In this document: positions 26,144-37,085 of the stretch, one piece after another
How the letters are laid out: each line of letters opens with the position of its first letter
Numbering within the stretch: position 1 is the first letter of the stretch
Assembly (NCBI RefSeq): GCF_009834535.1
Contig: NC_045696.1
Coordinates: 105,154,001-105,218,000 of the forward strand
Length of the DNA: 64,000 nucleotides
DNA from: Camelus ferus
Taxonomy: Eukaryota
Direction of reading: 5' to 3'
The notes under the pieces: model-generated
What the model saw: the letters and a program-made list of their open reading frames with translations, nothing else
What the model was told of the DNA's origin: nothing
Databases searched by the model: none
Position numbers and translations under genes: made by a program

Positions 26144-26441
26144 TTTTGTTTTTGTTTTGTTTTAAAACATTTTTTATTGATTTATAATCATTTTACAATG
26201 TTGTGTCAAATTCCAGTGTCGAGCAAAATTTTTCAGTTATACATGAACATATACATATTCATTGTCACATTTTTTCTCTGTGAGCTACCGCAAGATCTTG
26301 TATATATTTCCCTTTGCTATACAGTATAATCTTGTTTATCTATTCTACATTTTAAAATCCCAGTCTGTCCCTTCCCACCCCCCGCCCTCTTGGCAACCAC
26401 AAGTTTGTATTCTATGTCTATGAGTCTGTTTCTGTTTTGTA
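26144..26441 (-). mobile_element. Young L1 3' end (lineage-specific)
   Basis: L1 3'UTR-like sequence with T-rich tail on the left. TSD TAACCTCAT(T/C)TGT at 26131-26143 and 26442-26454. Confidence 0.85.
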
Positions 26442-28129
26442 TAACCTCATCTGTATCAACCCATGATTATGTCTTCAATGCCATGTTTTAATATTAATAC
26501 CGGATTCACCACACTGATACTAATACCAGAGGATGGGGGAGAATGTACTTCCAGCTTTAGGCACTGTGATAAATGTTTTGTGGTCATTGCCTTTATATAC
26601 AAACACTCCATCTCCAATTAAAGATCTAGTAAGCTCTTTATCAAAATATCTGTTAACAATCGAGGCGTACAATTTGGTTGTGCTGACATTTCAACTTAAT
26701 TCACTCTGTAGTTGGAGTCGCAGTCCATTTTATTTGCTTGTTTTTTCTATGCATGCAGGAGAAATAATGGCAGAAATCTGGGGGCATAGTGCAGATTCTA
26801 GAAACATTTCCCTGTATTTATTGTTATTGTCTGTTGGCATACTTGTTACTACAAATGAAGGCCTTACTCCAAGAGGTGATTTAAAATTGTTCCAGTAGCA
26901 TGCTCAGTAAGATTTAGTGGTGAAATTTCATAAGCTTTGAGTTATGGGCATTTTAGTATTTACATAGAAAGGATTCAAGATCCCGGTATTTTAGAGAAAT
27001 AAGGCCATTTCCCTTTAAGGTATGGTTCAGTATGCATACCATAAAGACATAGATGGCGAATGCTCGGTGTCAGTGCCAAATTCCTGGGTCCTGTGCTCAC
27101 AGCAGACATCACTCCCTGATACCCAAGCCTGCATCCTCCTGTACAACGTGCTTCTGGCAGCCACTGCCTTACATCAGTACCGGCTCACTACATGAAGCCG
27201 GTAGACTCCCCGATGCTGTTGCACACTTCTTTACCCAGCCTTGCTACTGGTCTGAATGGTCAGCAAAGGAATCTTCCACAATCTCTCTCTCTCAAAAAAA
27301 AAAAAAAGAGAGATGTATTCAAGAGGCAGTTGGTTTTATCAGCTCGTGCCTTTTTAGTCACCTCTTTGTCATGCAGACAGTAGTTACTCAATTTGTCAGT
27401 GTTTGTCTCCCCTCCTTTTTTCCTTCTATTTTGTGCATTTTTATTTTTTCCTTTCTTCCTGTTGTTCCTCTAATGTTGCTCAGAAGAAAAAACAGGGAGC
27501 CTTGAATTATTTGCTCTTTGACCTCATCAAGTTTGGCTGAAGTGACTTGTATTGATGGGAATGCACTGATATTTCCATTTTTTCCCACCCCTTCAGGATG
27601 ACTATAAGTAGGTCACCAGTGACCTCTGCGTTGCCACGTCTTCTGGGCTCTCTGTATCTTCGCTGCAAAATCTGACACCTCTTGTATTCTTCTTTCTTGC
27701 GTTTTCTTCCTCCCTCCCTGATGATGATTGTTTGACTTCTTCCTGCTCCCTTTCTTCTGCTGGCCTTCTCAGCGGGGGCATCCCCAGGGCTCTTACCTTG
27801 GGGTCTTGTCCGTCCACTCCATGTGGATGATTTCATCCCCCTCCCCCACCCCCTGGGTTTTAACTACCACCTTTACGTAGATGCCTCCTGCATCCTCATC
27901 TCCATCACATCCCCTCTCTGGAGCCCAGACCTTGATATCAGCAGCCTGCTACATGGTGCCTCTTGTGGTCCCCCTAGGCACCCAGAGTCATGTGTTTTGT
28001 TTGTTTGGACTATTCCTACTTTCACAGGGCCAACTAAATACCTGGCCCCTGCCCCCACCCTGGGCAGTTTCTGTTCCCTCCTTGGGGTTTTAGGTAAACT
28101 GTTCTAAGAATGTCAGAAAGCTTCCATTT

Positions 28130-28620
28130 TGAAAATTCAGTGTAAGACAAGGGCACAAACCAAGAACTGCTCCTCATCACTTAGGGGCTTGGAAGAAAAC
28201 AGTTATTTGATTGTTGTCTCTCCCAGTTCTGGGGCTTGACTGGGCTCAGAGAGGCAGGTCCTCCCACCCCAGGGCTCTCATCCAGTGGCAGTTAGTTGGT
28301 GGCTGGGGCTGGAGCCGTCTCAGAAGGCCCCTCGCTCAGGGCCTGGCGGCTGGACCTCGACTAGGCTGTTGGCTGGAATGCCTTGTCATGGCTTCGGTTC
28401 CTCATGGCATGACAGCTAGACTCTAGGAACAGGCATCCCAAGAGGACTGGGTGGAAGCTTCGTCACCTCTCATGACACATCCTCAGAAGTCTCATAGCAT
28501 CACTTCTGCCGTATTTACTGGCCTGCCCTGGCTGCAGAGGGATGCAACATAGACCTGCTTCTCAATGGAATGCACATCAGTGTCACATTGTAACCATGCT
28601 GGAAATGCATCTAGCCACAG
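28130..28620 (-). mobile_element. Old MaLR LTR
   Basis: MLT1-like blocks (CAGTTCTGGGGCTTGACTGGGCTCAG...CTCAGAAGTCTCATAGCATCACTTCTGCCGTATT). Confidence 0.6.
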
Positions 28621-28750
28621 TCCCCAAACATGTCTAACCTATCCCTCTGTGAACTACCCTAAATGTCACAGGAGCTTTACATTTTATTAAAAAAATTTTT
28701 TTGAAGACGTAACATATTTACATGAATGGAAAGTTAAGAAAAAATAAAAT

Positions 28751-28867
28751 GTTATGTACGACTGGGACATTGTTCTGTACACCAGAGATTGACACATTGT
28801 AACTGATGGTACCTCAATTAAAAATAAGTAAGTAAGTAAGTAAATAAATAAATAAATAAATAAAATG
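28751..28867 (+). mobile_element. Short L1 3' end with (TAAG/TAAA)n tail
   Basis: CTGTACACCAGAGATTGACACATTGTAACTGA...CTCAATTAAAA L1 terminus. Flanked by AAATAAAATG on both sides. Inserted in an older antisense L1 remnant (~28690-29330). Confidence 0.75.
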
Positions 28868-30329
28868 AAAAATAAAATGTGTACAATGAAAATGGTCTTT
28901 CTCATCCCATATCCCATACCCCTACCTCCCCATAGACAACCACTATTATGTTTCTTTATATCCTTTTAGAGTTTATAGCTATTTTTACATTTCACCCTTC
29001 TTATACAAAACATAGTATTCTATACTCACTGTTCTGCTCTTTGCTTTTTGTTTTTTCTTAACAATATGTCTGAGAGAGATTTCCTTATCAGTACATAGAG
29101 CGTTCTCTCCCTCCTCTCCCTTCCCCCTCCCACCTTCTTTCTCTCCTCTCCCTCCTCCCTTCCCCCCATTCTCTTACAAATGCACAGTATTCCACTGAGC
29201 AACTTTACCCGGGTTTACTCCACCAGCTCTGTATGGGTGGACACCGGGCTGTTCGTAGTCTTTCGCTGTGACAGATGTCCCTGCAGTGCGTGACATCCAC
29301 ACGCCGTCCTTCACGTGGGACAGTAGACTAGCAAGCCTCCTTGAGAGCTCTCACTCGTTACATGTATCCTCTTCCCACAGGGCCTTACATCTCCTTCCAT
29401 CATGCACTTACCTGCCTCCTCTCACTGGAGGTGGGCTCCCACAGGTCATGGGCTGTCGCGGTGAAGCTCGTTTCCCCACTGCCTGGCGCAGGGATCTCGG
29501 TATCCACGCTGTGCAGAGGAGGCCTGTGCTGAGGAGGGAGAAGAGCAGGGGAGGGTGACTGAGAACAGGTTCCTGGATAGCCTGTGTTCCACCTCCTCTA
29601 ATTTCATTTGTAGCCTTATCTCTCTGTGGCAGTTACCACTTGAGGTCTAAGGGGGTCCTCCCTCAGTCTGTCACTGAAACTGTCACCCTGTCCTGCCGCT
29701 TCATGGGTGTACGTCAGGAGGCCAAGGCCAAAGCCCAGTTTTCATGGAATCTCCTGGTCAGCCCAGGAACCCTCTCTGACACTCAGCCTCATGCCTTGGG
29801 CTGCCTTTATGGCCTAGAGGTGATGACTCCCTCCCTTGGGGCAGCAGTGGAACTTCGTGAGCTCCTTACGGCCCAGCAGTGTGCTAGGCGCTCTGTGACA
29901 GAGCCTGTGTCACTGACCCTTTCCGTTTTCATGACAGCCCTCTGAGGCAGGCCTAATTTCCCATATTACAGAGGAGCAAACAGAGGCCCCAAAAGCCCAG
30001 GCATCTTGCTCTGGGTCAGTTTGTCAGTGGGAGAGCCAGTGTAGTCAGTGACCACAGCTAGGATCGTCTGACTCCAGATCCAGCCTCCTGGACAAGACTG
30101 GTCACTGGGTGGGAGAAGGCTGACTGGAGGGGTTTTGGATGCAATGGAACTTTGGGAGCGAGGTGCCTGAAGTCTCCAAAAGGAGGCCCTCACTCGAGGG
30201 GATGCCCCTCCGCCCTCCTACACCTCTGAGAATGATGGAGCCCCCATGTGGGACGAGTTCGGCCCATCTGCTTCCTGGGGGCCTTGTGGGGGCATTCACA
30301 TCTGCTCTCTCTCTTTCCATAGACATATG

Positions 30330-30640
30330 CTGACATTTAGACTGGTATTAGATGATACTGAGGACTTTTTGTTAATTGTAAATATTGTCAGGTGTGAACA
30401 TGGTGTTATGAATAAGTAAGAAAGTGTCCTTGCTTTAGAAAGTGTCCTTTATTTTTGAAGTGTTTAGAGGTGAAGTGTCATGGTGTTTATAATATGTGTA
30501 CTTCAGTATACTTCCAGGGGAAAAAAGGTTAAATAAACATGGAAATGTGTTAATGATCATTTGGAGACTGCTGCATTGCAGTCCATGACACTATTTCTTC
30601 TACTTTCCGTATGATGTAATTTTTTATAATAAAGTTTTTT
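30330..30640 (+). mobile_element. Ancient L1 3' end
   Basis: Similar to 61605-61960 (TGAAGTGTTTAGAGGTGAAGTGTCATG...). Confidence 0.6.
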
Positions 30641-30729
30641 TTTAAGTCATTCACTGAGGTCTTAGATTGTACTCGGTCTTAGGCTGAATTAGACAGCTCT
30701 GCACTCAAAAGACCCACAAAGAAAGAGCT

Positions 30730-30878
30730 TGGGAGGGAGAGGCGGAGGGGCGTGGCAGGGGCGGTCCTCCGAGGGGGCGGGCTCCCAGAGGAAGTCACGC
30801 AGTTGCCTGGATTCTGGCTTTCCCAGTTGTAGTTGCTCCTGCCCAGGCTATTTGTAGTTAGTCCCCAGTCAGGTAACT
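30730..30878 (+). promoter_or_regulatory. Candidate internal promoter and alternative first exon
   Basis: GC boxes GGGGCGTGG (30747-30755), GGGGCGG (30758-30764), GGGGGCGGG (30773-30781), ETS-like GAGGAAGT (30788-30795), then donor CAG|GTAACT (30872/30873). Locally raised CpG. Confidence 0.45.
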
Positions 30879-32001
30879 ACGAGGCAGCTGGAGTCTTTTT
30901 TGATGTCTGATTATGGAGAGAGTCCTCGCAGTGTGTGACTGTCCTCAGGCGGGCTGATTTGTCCTTCGCAGTGGCATTACTCCTCTGTGTTATATGATAC
31001 GAGAAAACGACCGTGGTGTTTTGTCCAACATCTCCCGATACATACACTTAATAGGAATTCCATTTGTTGCTGCTGACTCCTTAGCACATTTTCTTTGGCA
31101 AATCCTGTAATCTCTTTGTTTGTATGTGAAAATTCCATTTTTCAAACTTAGCATTGGAAGAGATAATCAGATTCCCTGATCTTCCATTAGCCTCTTTTTT
31201 TTTTTTTCCCTTCTAGTAGCCTCCTCTTTCTTTGCATTTTTCCTTATCAAAATAACCAGCTGGTGAAGAGAAGCAACCCTTAGAGTGTTTGTTCTTACCT
31301 TATCTTTTCAATATTTTCAGAGTCTTTGCCAAATCTGTAGAACTGGGCTGAGCATCTTTTAATACAGACATCACTGGCAGCCAAGAGGCCAGACTTGGCT
31401 AATGTACTGGCTTAGCTCTCTAAATACAATGTTATTCTTCCACTAACCCTCTTTTTCTTCCCTTTAGACTTTGGACATTGGAATGCGTAATAGGTGACCT
31501 CTGAGTGGTAATTTCATAAATTCCAGGTGAAATGAATTGTATCAGATCAATATACCTGTAGACTCATCACATTTTTTGAGCTGCGAGGGACTCTAAGATG
31601 AATCCGGTACAGCTCTGTTAGTGGAGGAAACATTCATTTTAACTGCATAGTCAATTCTCAATTAACAAGGGTAATGGAGTGGAAGGAGGTCAGTGATAAT
31701 CAAAAATCATGGTGAAAATAAAATTACAGTCAACAGTGGATTTTCTAGGGGCTGGTTTGTGTATTAATTGAGGTTAAGACACAGTGGACCCTAGGATGTC
31801 ATCGCCTTGGTAATTGGTCAGCAGGCTGCTCACCACCTGGCCTCCATGCTCCCTCTCTGTCCCAGAGAGGAGAAGGGCTTTCCAGAGGCTGGATCAGGCA
31901 GAGCTGACTGACTTTGGCCAGGTAGGTACCATGATGGCACAGACTTCAGTCTTGGGAGCTAAATGAAGGCTGCTTTTAGAATTTGTGGCCCTCGCCCCTT
32001 G

Positions 32002-32362
32002 AGAAGTGGTTCTCAAACTTGAGCACTGTCAGGCACATCTGGAGGGCTTGTGAAGCTCCAGACTGCTGGGCCCAGCCCCAGTTTCTGACTCAGTAGGTCT
32101 GGAGGGGGGCCTAAGGATTTGCACGTCCTACAAACGTCCAGGTGATGTGATACCCGCCAGCCCAGGAACCACGCTTGGAGGCTTTCCAAGCTGTTCTTGT
32201 CAGCCCAGCTGCACATTAGAATCACCTGGGGAGCTTTTTCAACCTATGGATGCCTGGATACACCTTGGCCAGTTATGCGAGAGGCTCTGGAGGTGGCGAC
32301 CCAGGCATCAGTGTTTTTAAAGCTCCCAGGTGATTTGAATGTGTATCCAGGATTGCGTACAA
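32002..32362. mobile_element. Two adjacent MER5-type (hAT-Charlie) DNA transposon remnants
   Basis: AGTGGTTCTCAAACTT...TTTCTGACTCAGTAGGTCTGG...CCAGGTGATG (MER5A-like, ~32002-32180), followed by CACATTAGAATCACCTGGGGAGCTTT...AAAGCTCCCAGGTGATT (~32190-32362). Confidence 0.75.
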
Positions 32363-32479
32363 ATCTCATGATTTTTTTCCCTATCTTTACCCCCTGTATA
32401 TTTACTATTTCTTTAAAGGTTTTTTCTTTTTTCTTTTTTTTTTTTTTAGTAAATAAACTTATTTAAAAAGCAACTATGA

Positions 32480-32626
32480 GGGGAGGGTATAGCTCAGTGG
32501 TAGAGCTCATGCTTAGCATGCATGAGGTCATGGGTTCAATCCCCAGTACCTCCATTAAATTAAAATAATAATAATAATAATAAATAAGTAAACCTAATAA
32601 CCTCTCCCCCCAAAAAAAATTTTTTT
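32480..32626 (+). mobile_element. tRNA-derived SINE (Vic-1-like)
   Basis: GGGGAGGGTATAGCTCAGTGGTAGAGC...GGGTTCAATCCCCAGTACCTCC, (TAA)n, A-tail. TSD AAAGCAACTAT at 32467-32477 and 32627-32637. Confidence 0.92.
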
Positions 32627-32749
32627 AAAGCAACTATATATCCTCTTCATGTAGGGAATCTAGTTTCACAGGCCAGATACAGGAACACACCTGTAAAAAC
32701 AAACATATTAAAGTTGTGGCATTCCCTCACATTTTATGAGTCTCTAGAG

Positions 32750-33170
32750 CTGTGCTTTTCCTGGGGCGATAGGATGTTCTGTGTCTTGGTAGGGGATGGA
32801 GTAACATGGGTGCATGCATCTGTCAAAATTCATTGACTAGGTACCCTCAAGATTTGTGCATTTCATTCTATGTTCCAAAAAAAAGGAAAAAGAACACTAA
32901 ACCAATACTGAACTCCAGTCAGTGGTATGCGTGCTGAAGCATTCAGGGAGAAGTGTGCTGCTGTCTTCAGCTTACTTTGAAAGGTATCAAAAAAGTAAGC
33001 TGGATTGACGAATGGAGGGAGAGCTAGATATATGATAAAACATAAAACAGACATAATAAAATATGAATGTTAGAGCCCAGGTGGGAAATATCCTGGTGTT
33101 CATTTTTAAATTCTTTCAACTTTGTGGTATGTTTGAACATCTTTCCTTTTAAAGATTGAGGGGAAAATGG
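32750..33170 (+). mobile_element. Ancient L1 3' end
   Basis: L1MC/MD-like 3' sequence (GCTGAAGCATTCAGGGAGAAGTGTGCTG...TTCTTTCAACTTTG). Confidence 0.6.
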
Positions 33171-33849
33171 CATCTACATTCAAAACAGCAAACAAGTACT
33201 TCCCGCACATGCCTGAGCCCTCTGGCATCTGCCATTCCAATGGCTCCTATGGTCGATCGGAGGGCTGAGCCAGGCGTGGAAGGGCAGGGTCCTTAAGAGA
33301 GGCTGCTGCTCTGGGAGAGAGGACTGTGGCTCCCTGTGCTGGTCCCCCTGCAAGAGGAGAAAGCCAAGGGCACTCCCTCCTCTCACGGCGCTGTGTCCTG
33401 AGTGTTCCCTGGGAGGGGCTGTGTGGAGGCTGTGTCAGATGTGACCTGAAAATAGCATCTGGACCCTGCCACTGAAAGGCAGGTGTGAGTGGGTGAGGAA
33501 GAAAGGGGCTTCCCGGGCTCCTCCAACCAGCAGAACTCCAGAACATGCCACCCCAGTGTCTCCCTGGGCATCCGGAGCCTGGGGATGTGGTGGGGGAGGT
33601 GGGGTGCTGAGGCATAAGCTTCCCATCATGGGGACCAGGCAGGTGCAGTGGGCAAGAGTGGCCTTCTCAGGCCTGGTCTCGGGCCGTCTAGGGTGCCCCA
33701 CAGCACTGACCAGGGACCTGAGGCAGCTCTCTAGCTGCAGGGTCCTCCCAGTACTCCGCACACCCCCACAGTGCACCCCCCAACAGTGCACCCCACGATA
33801 CACCCCCATACCCACGATACACCTCCACAGCACAACACCACAAGACATC

Positions 33850-34292
33850 TGGAAAGAGACTTGGGGGAAAATGTACGATGTAAGTGCTGTGAGTTGAGTT
33901 TATTCAGTGTCTTCCTGACACTGACACTTCCCAGGAGACGTCTTCTCAGAGAGCTCTGAGGAACTGTTTCAAAGAGGTAAGGGGTGAGACCAAGTGTGTA
34001 TGTGATTTTTGGCCAAGGGTTCATGTAATCAGGCACACATCTCAGTAGAAGGTTGCTGCCAGACACAAGGAATAGACATCTTGGTTGATGGTTTCAGTGC
34101 TTTTCTCCATGTGGGATGATGCAAGATTGGGGTTCATGAAATTTTCTCCTGAAAACTGGCCTGTTCTGCCAGTCTTCCCAGAGCACAGCAGTGCCTCATG
34201 CCTGATCTCCGCCCTGAGCTCCTTTCAGGGAGTGTTAAGGTCAGTGACTGTAGTGGCTGGTGACCTAATCCTTGTGGAGGCAGATGGTGACA
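33850..34292 (-). mobile_element. ERV1 solo LTR, MER41-like (443 bp)
   Basis: TG...CA termini with perfect TSD CATC (33846-33849 and 34293-34296), minus-strand AATAAA near 33900. Resembles artiodactyl MER41-type LTRs (family name from recognition, not a search). Confidence 0.78.
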
Positions 34293-36519
34293 CATCCCAA
34301 CTGCAACCCGAGAGCAGACCCCCACTGCACCCCCCCATGATACATCCCACAGTGCAACTGCACAGCACCCTCCACATCACCCTCTAACAGCACACTCCAC
34401 AGCAGAGCTCTCAAGAACCCCCCTCCAGTGCACACAGGGCTTCATAGCTCCTCTGTCACCTGCCCTTGACTTCCCCATATCCACCGCACACCTCCCATGA
34501 GACACCCCAGAGACCCATCCTCCATCAGACCCCTCCATGACACCATGACACACAACCCAACACAGCCACAGCACACTCCCCACTGCATGAACTTGCGCAC
34601 ACACACACACTTCCATGCACACACACACACCCTGCCAGACTTTGGAGTCCCCGTTACCTTTGCTATTGAGGGTAGAGTTAACGTGCTCTCACCTTTCCTT
34701 ACTCACGCAAGGATCTTGAGATTCCCAGAAAGGCGAACCATTTACTCTTGAGGGAAGGATTTATAACTAAAGGATGGTTAATGTGCTGATTACAGCTATT
34801 GTTTCCTGCCAAAATGAATGAGCCCGTCTTGAATACCAAAGAGCCCAGGGCTTGGGTGGAGGGGCGGTCTGGTCCCCTGCTGGCTTCTGCACCTCTAAGG
34901 AAGTGGGGAGTGAAATGACCCGGTCTCTGTGCTCAGAGAGGAGCCTTGCTCTGCATCTCCAGGGACCTTAACTTTGGATGAGCCCTGAGCTTCAGCAGCC
35001 CTGTCAGAAACAAAATGATCACACGTACTTCTCTGCACAATGTTTGCAAAGATTACAGATAACACAAAGGACGGTGTAGTCACATGCACGGTGTCGGTGC
35101 TGCCAAAACAAACTACAAAGTGCCTACTGCACAGTACACTGAGTAACTTCGAGCTGTGGGCATTATTCGTATTATTGATTTATGATGATTGTGATTTATT
35201 ATTGTCATCCATGAGGGTTTAAAATGTGAAGAGAGCGTTTAGAGCTTCCACAGCTACGATGATGAGTCTTTGCTTTGACCACAGCTGTCACTTTGAACAT
35301 TTAAGTAGCTGCTTGTTATTTTTTCCATGTCTGACCACCTACGCGAGATCAGGGACTGGGTCCTCCGTGACCTCATCCCCAGGACTGAGCACAGTCCCAC
35401 ATGGAAGATGTTAGGAATTAGGATGGTTGGCACAGTTTCTTGATGAGCAAGTCATCCCAATAATGAAACTATGTAGCTCATCAGAGCTGAGCTTTCAAAA
35501 CAAAGCCACCACCATCACCTTTCAACGCCACGAAGCCATGGCCATGTTCTCATTTACATGCTACTCTGTCAATTAATGTTACGTGCCAATTAAATGGGAC
35601 ATTAAGCTGCCAATGGGCACACAACTCTGCACACTAACATCCTCTCCATTTCACTTAGTGACCTGAATTCCTTCCCTCCCATCCATTCCCAAGGCCTTCC
35701 TCACCCGCATCCCAGCCAGCCTCCACCCGACCTGGCCCTGTGCTGGTCTCCTTTGGAAGAGGGGTTCGTGACAACAGTTAACCTGGCTAGACCCTTGTGG
35801 GATTCCAACCAGAATATGACCAAATGTTTTAGTTGCTGGGGTGCATCTGAATTAGCGACGATCCCATCCTAAAAAATTCCTCCCAGAGACCGAAAAAGCA
35901 AGAGTTAATACCTAAGAGCGCAACGGACCCACCTACTCCGTAAAGTAGCCAGTTTTCAGGGAGCCGTTCTGCTGCCAGCCCAGCTTTTCCTGGTTTGCTG
36001 CAGACCAGGCCGTGTTTTAGGTAAACTGATCACGGTGAGCAAACGCACCTGTTCAGAAAGCCAGATCTGACACAGCCCATAAGCTGGCATGCCATTTTTC
36101 AAACCCTTACTATTATGTTGCTATTGGCAAAAGATGCGGCAGTGCTTAATTCTTCCCTCCTTCTGTGGCTCGGGCACTTTAGTCACTTAAAAGCACTTCT
36201 TTTCCTTCTTCCTCTAGAGAAGTAAAAATAATTAAAATAGAAAATGGGTAATTTGCAGCTACAATGCCAGGCTGATAATCAAAAACTTGTAAAAGGAAAC
36301 ATGAGCATATGTTTATCACTTCTTGATATTAGAATGCAATAGAAGGTAACTGTGGCCTTAAAGAGAGGGCGTTGTGGAAGGGGAAGCAGGCTGAGTTGTT
36401 TGTTGGAGACGTGCCTGCTAATGAGGCTTGTAAGTTGCTGTTGTCTCAGGATCAGCGAATAAAGGAAGGTGTCCCTGGGGCTGCTCAGCTGTTCAGGAGA
36501 CCCTCAGGTAGTCACGCGT

Positions 36520-37085
36520 GGATTGATCACCCTGTGTAAAGCCATGCAGGGGCTCACCAGCCCCTACCATCGGGATCAAGTTTGACCTTGTCAACATAGA
36601 ACACAAGGCCTTGGCAACCAGGCCCTGAATATCCCTGTCATCTCCCCCACCACCCCTACATCCCCCTCCACCAACCTTAGCTACTCTCTTGACCCCTTTG
36701 CATCCCTGACATGCCCCATGGCCTCCCACTTTCAGGCTTTACAAACAGTTTTCTCTTCCTAACTCATTCACCTGCCCAACTCCTATTCATCCTTCAAAAC
36801 CCAAAGCACCTATTACTTCCTCTTGGAACCCTTCCATACCCCTTTTGCACACTCTATACCTGGCTGGCAGGAGACCCTCTTCTGTGCACTCAGGCTCCCT
36901 CTATTTCCATCTATGCCAGTTTCAATATGCATTTTGAACATCAGGTATCCCATCTGCCCCCCATCAGCCCAGTCAGGTGAGCCCTGCAGGCAAGAATATG
37001 GCTTACGCTTCTGACTCCCTGGTTCCTGGCATACTGCCTGACACAGAGTAGATGCTGATTGATATTTGCTGAATGAAGGGATTAT
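36520..37085 (+). mobile_element. LINE-2 3' remnant
   Basis: Pyrimidine-rich decayed body ending CCTGGCATACTGCCTGACACAGAGTAGATGCTGATTGATATTTGCTGAATGAA (L2 terminus). Other L2-like tracts at ~6200-6570, ~13060-13360, ~27560-27990 and ~52330-52770. Confidence 0.65.

Noticed and set aside
32480..32553. tRNA-like sequences (also at ~4430-4504, 14930-15007, 24632-24709, 62646-62720)
   Set aside because: They carry A-rich tails and target-site duplications and differ from each other, so they are SINE heads and not tRNA genes.
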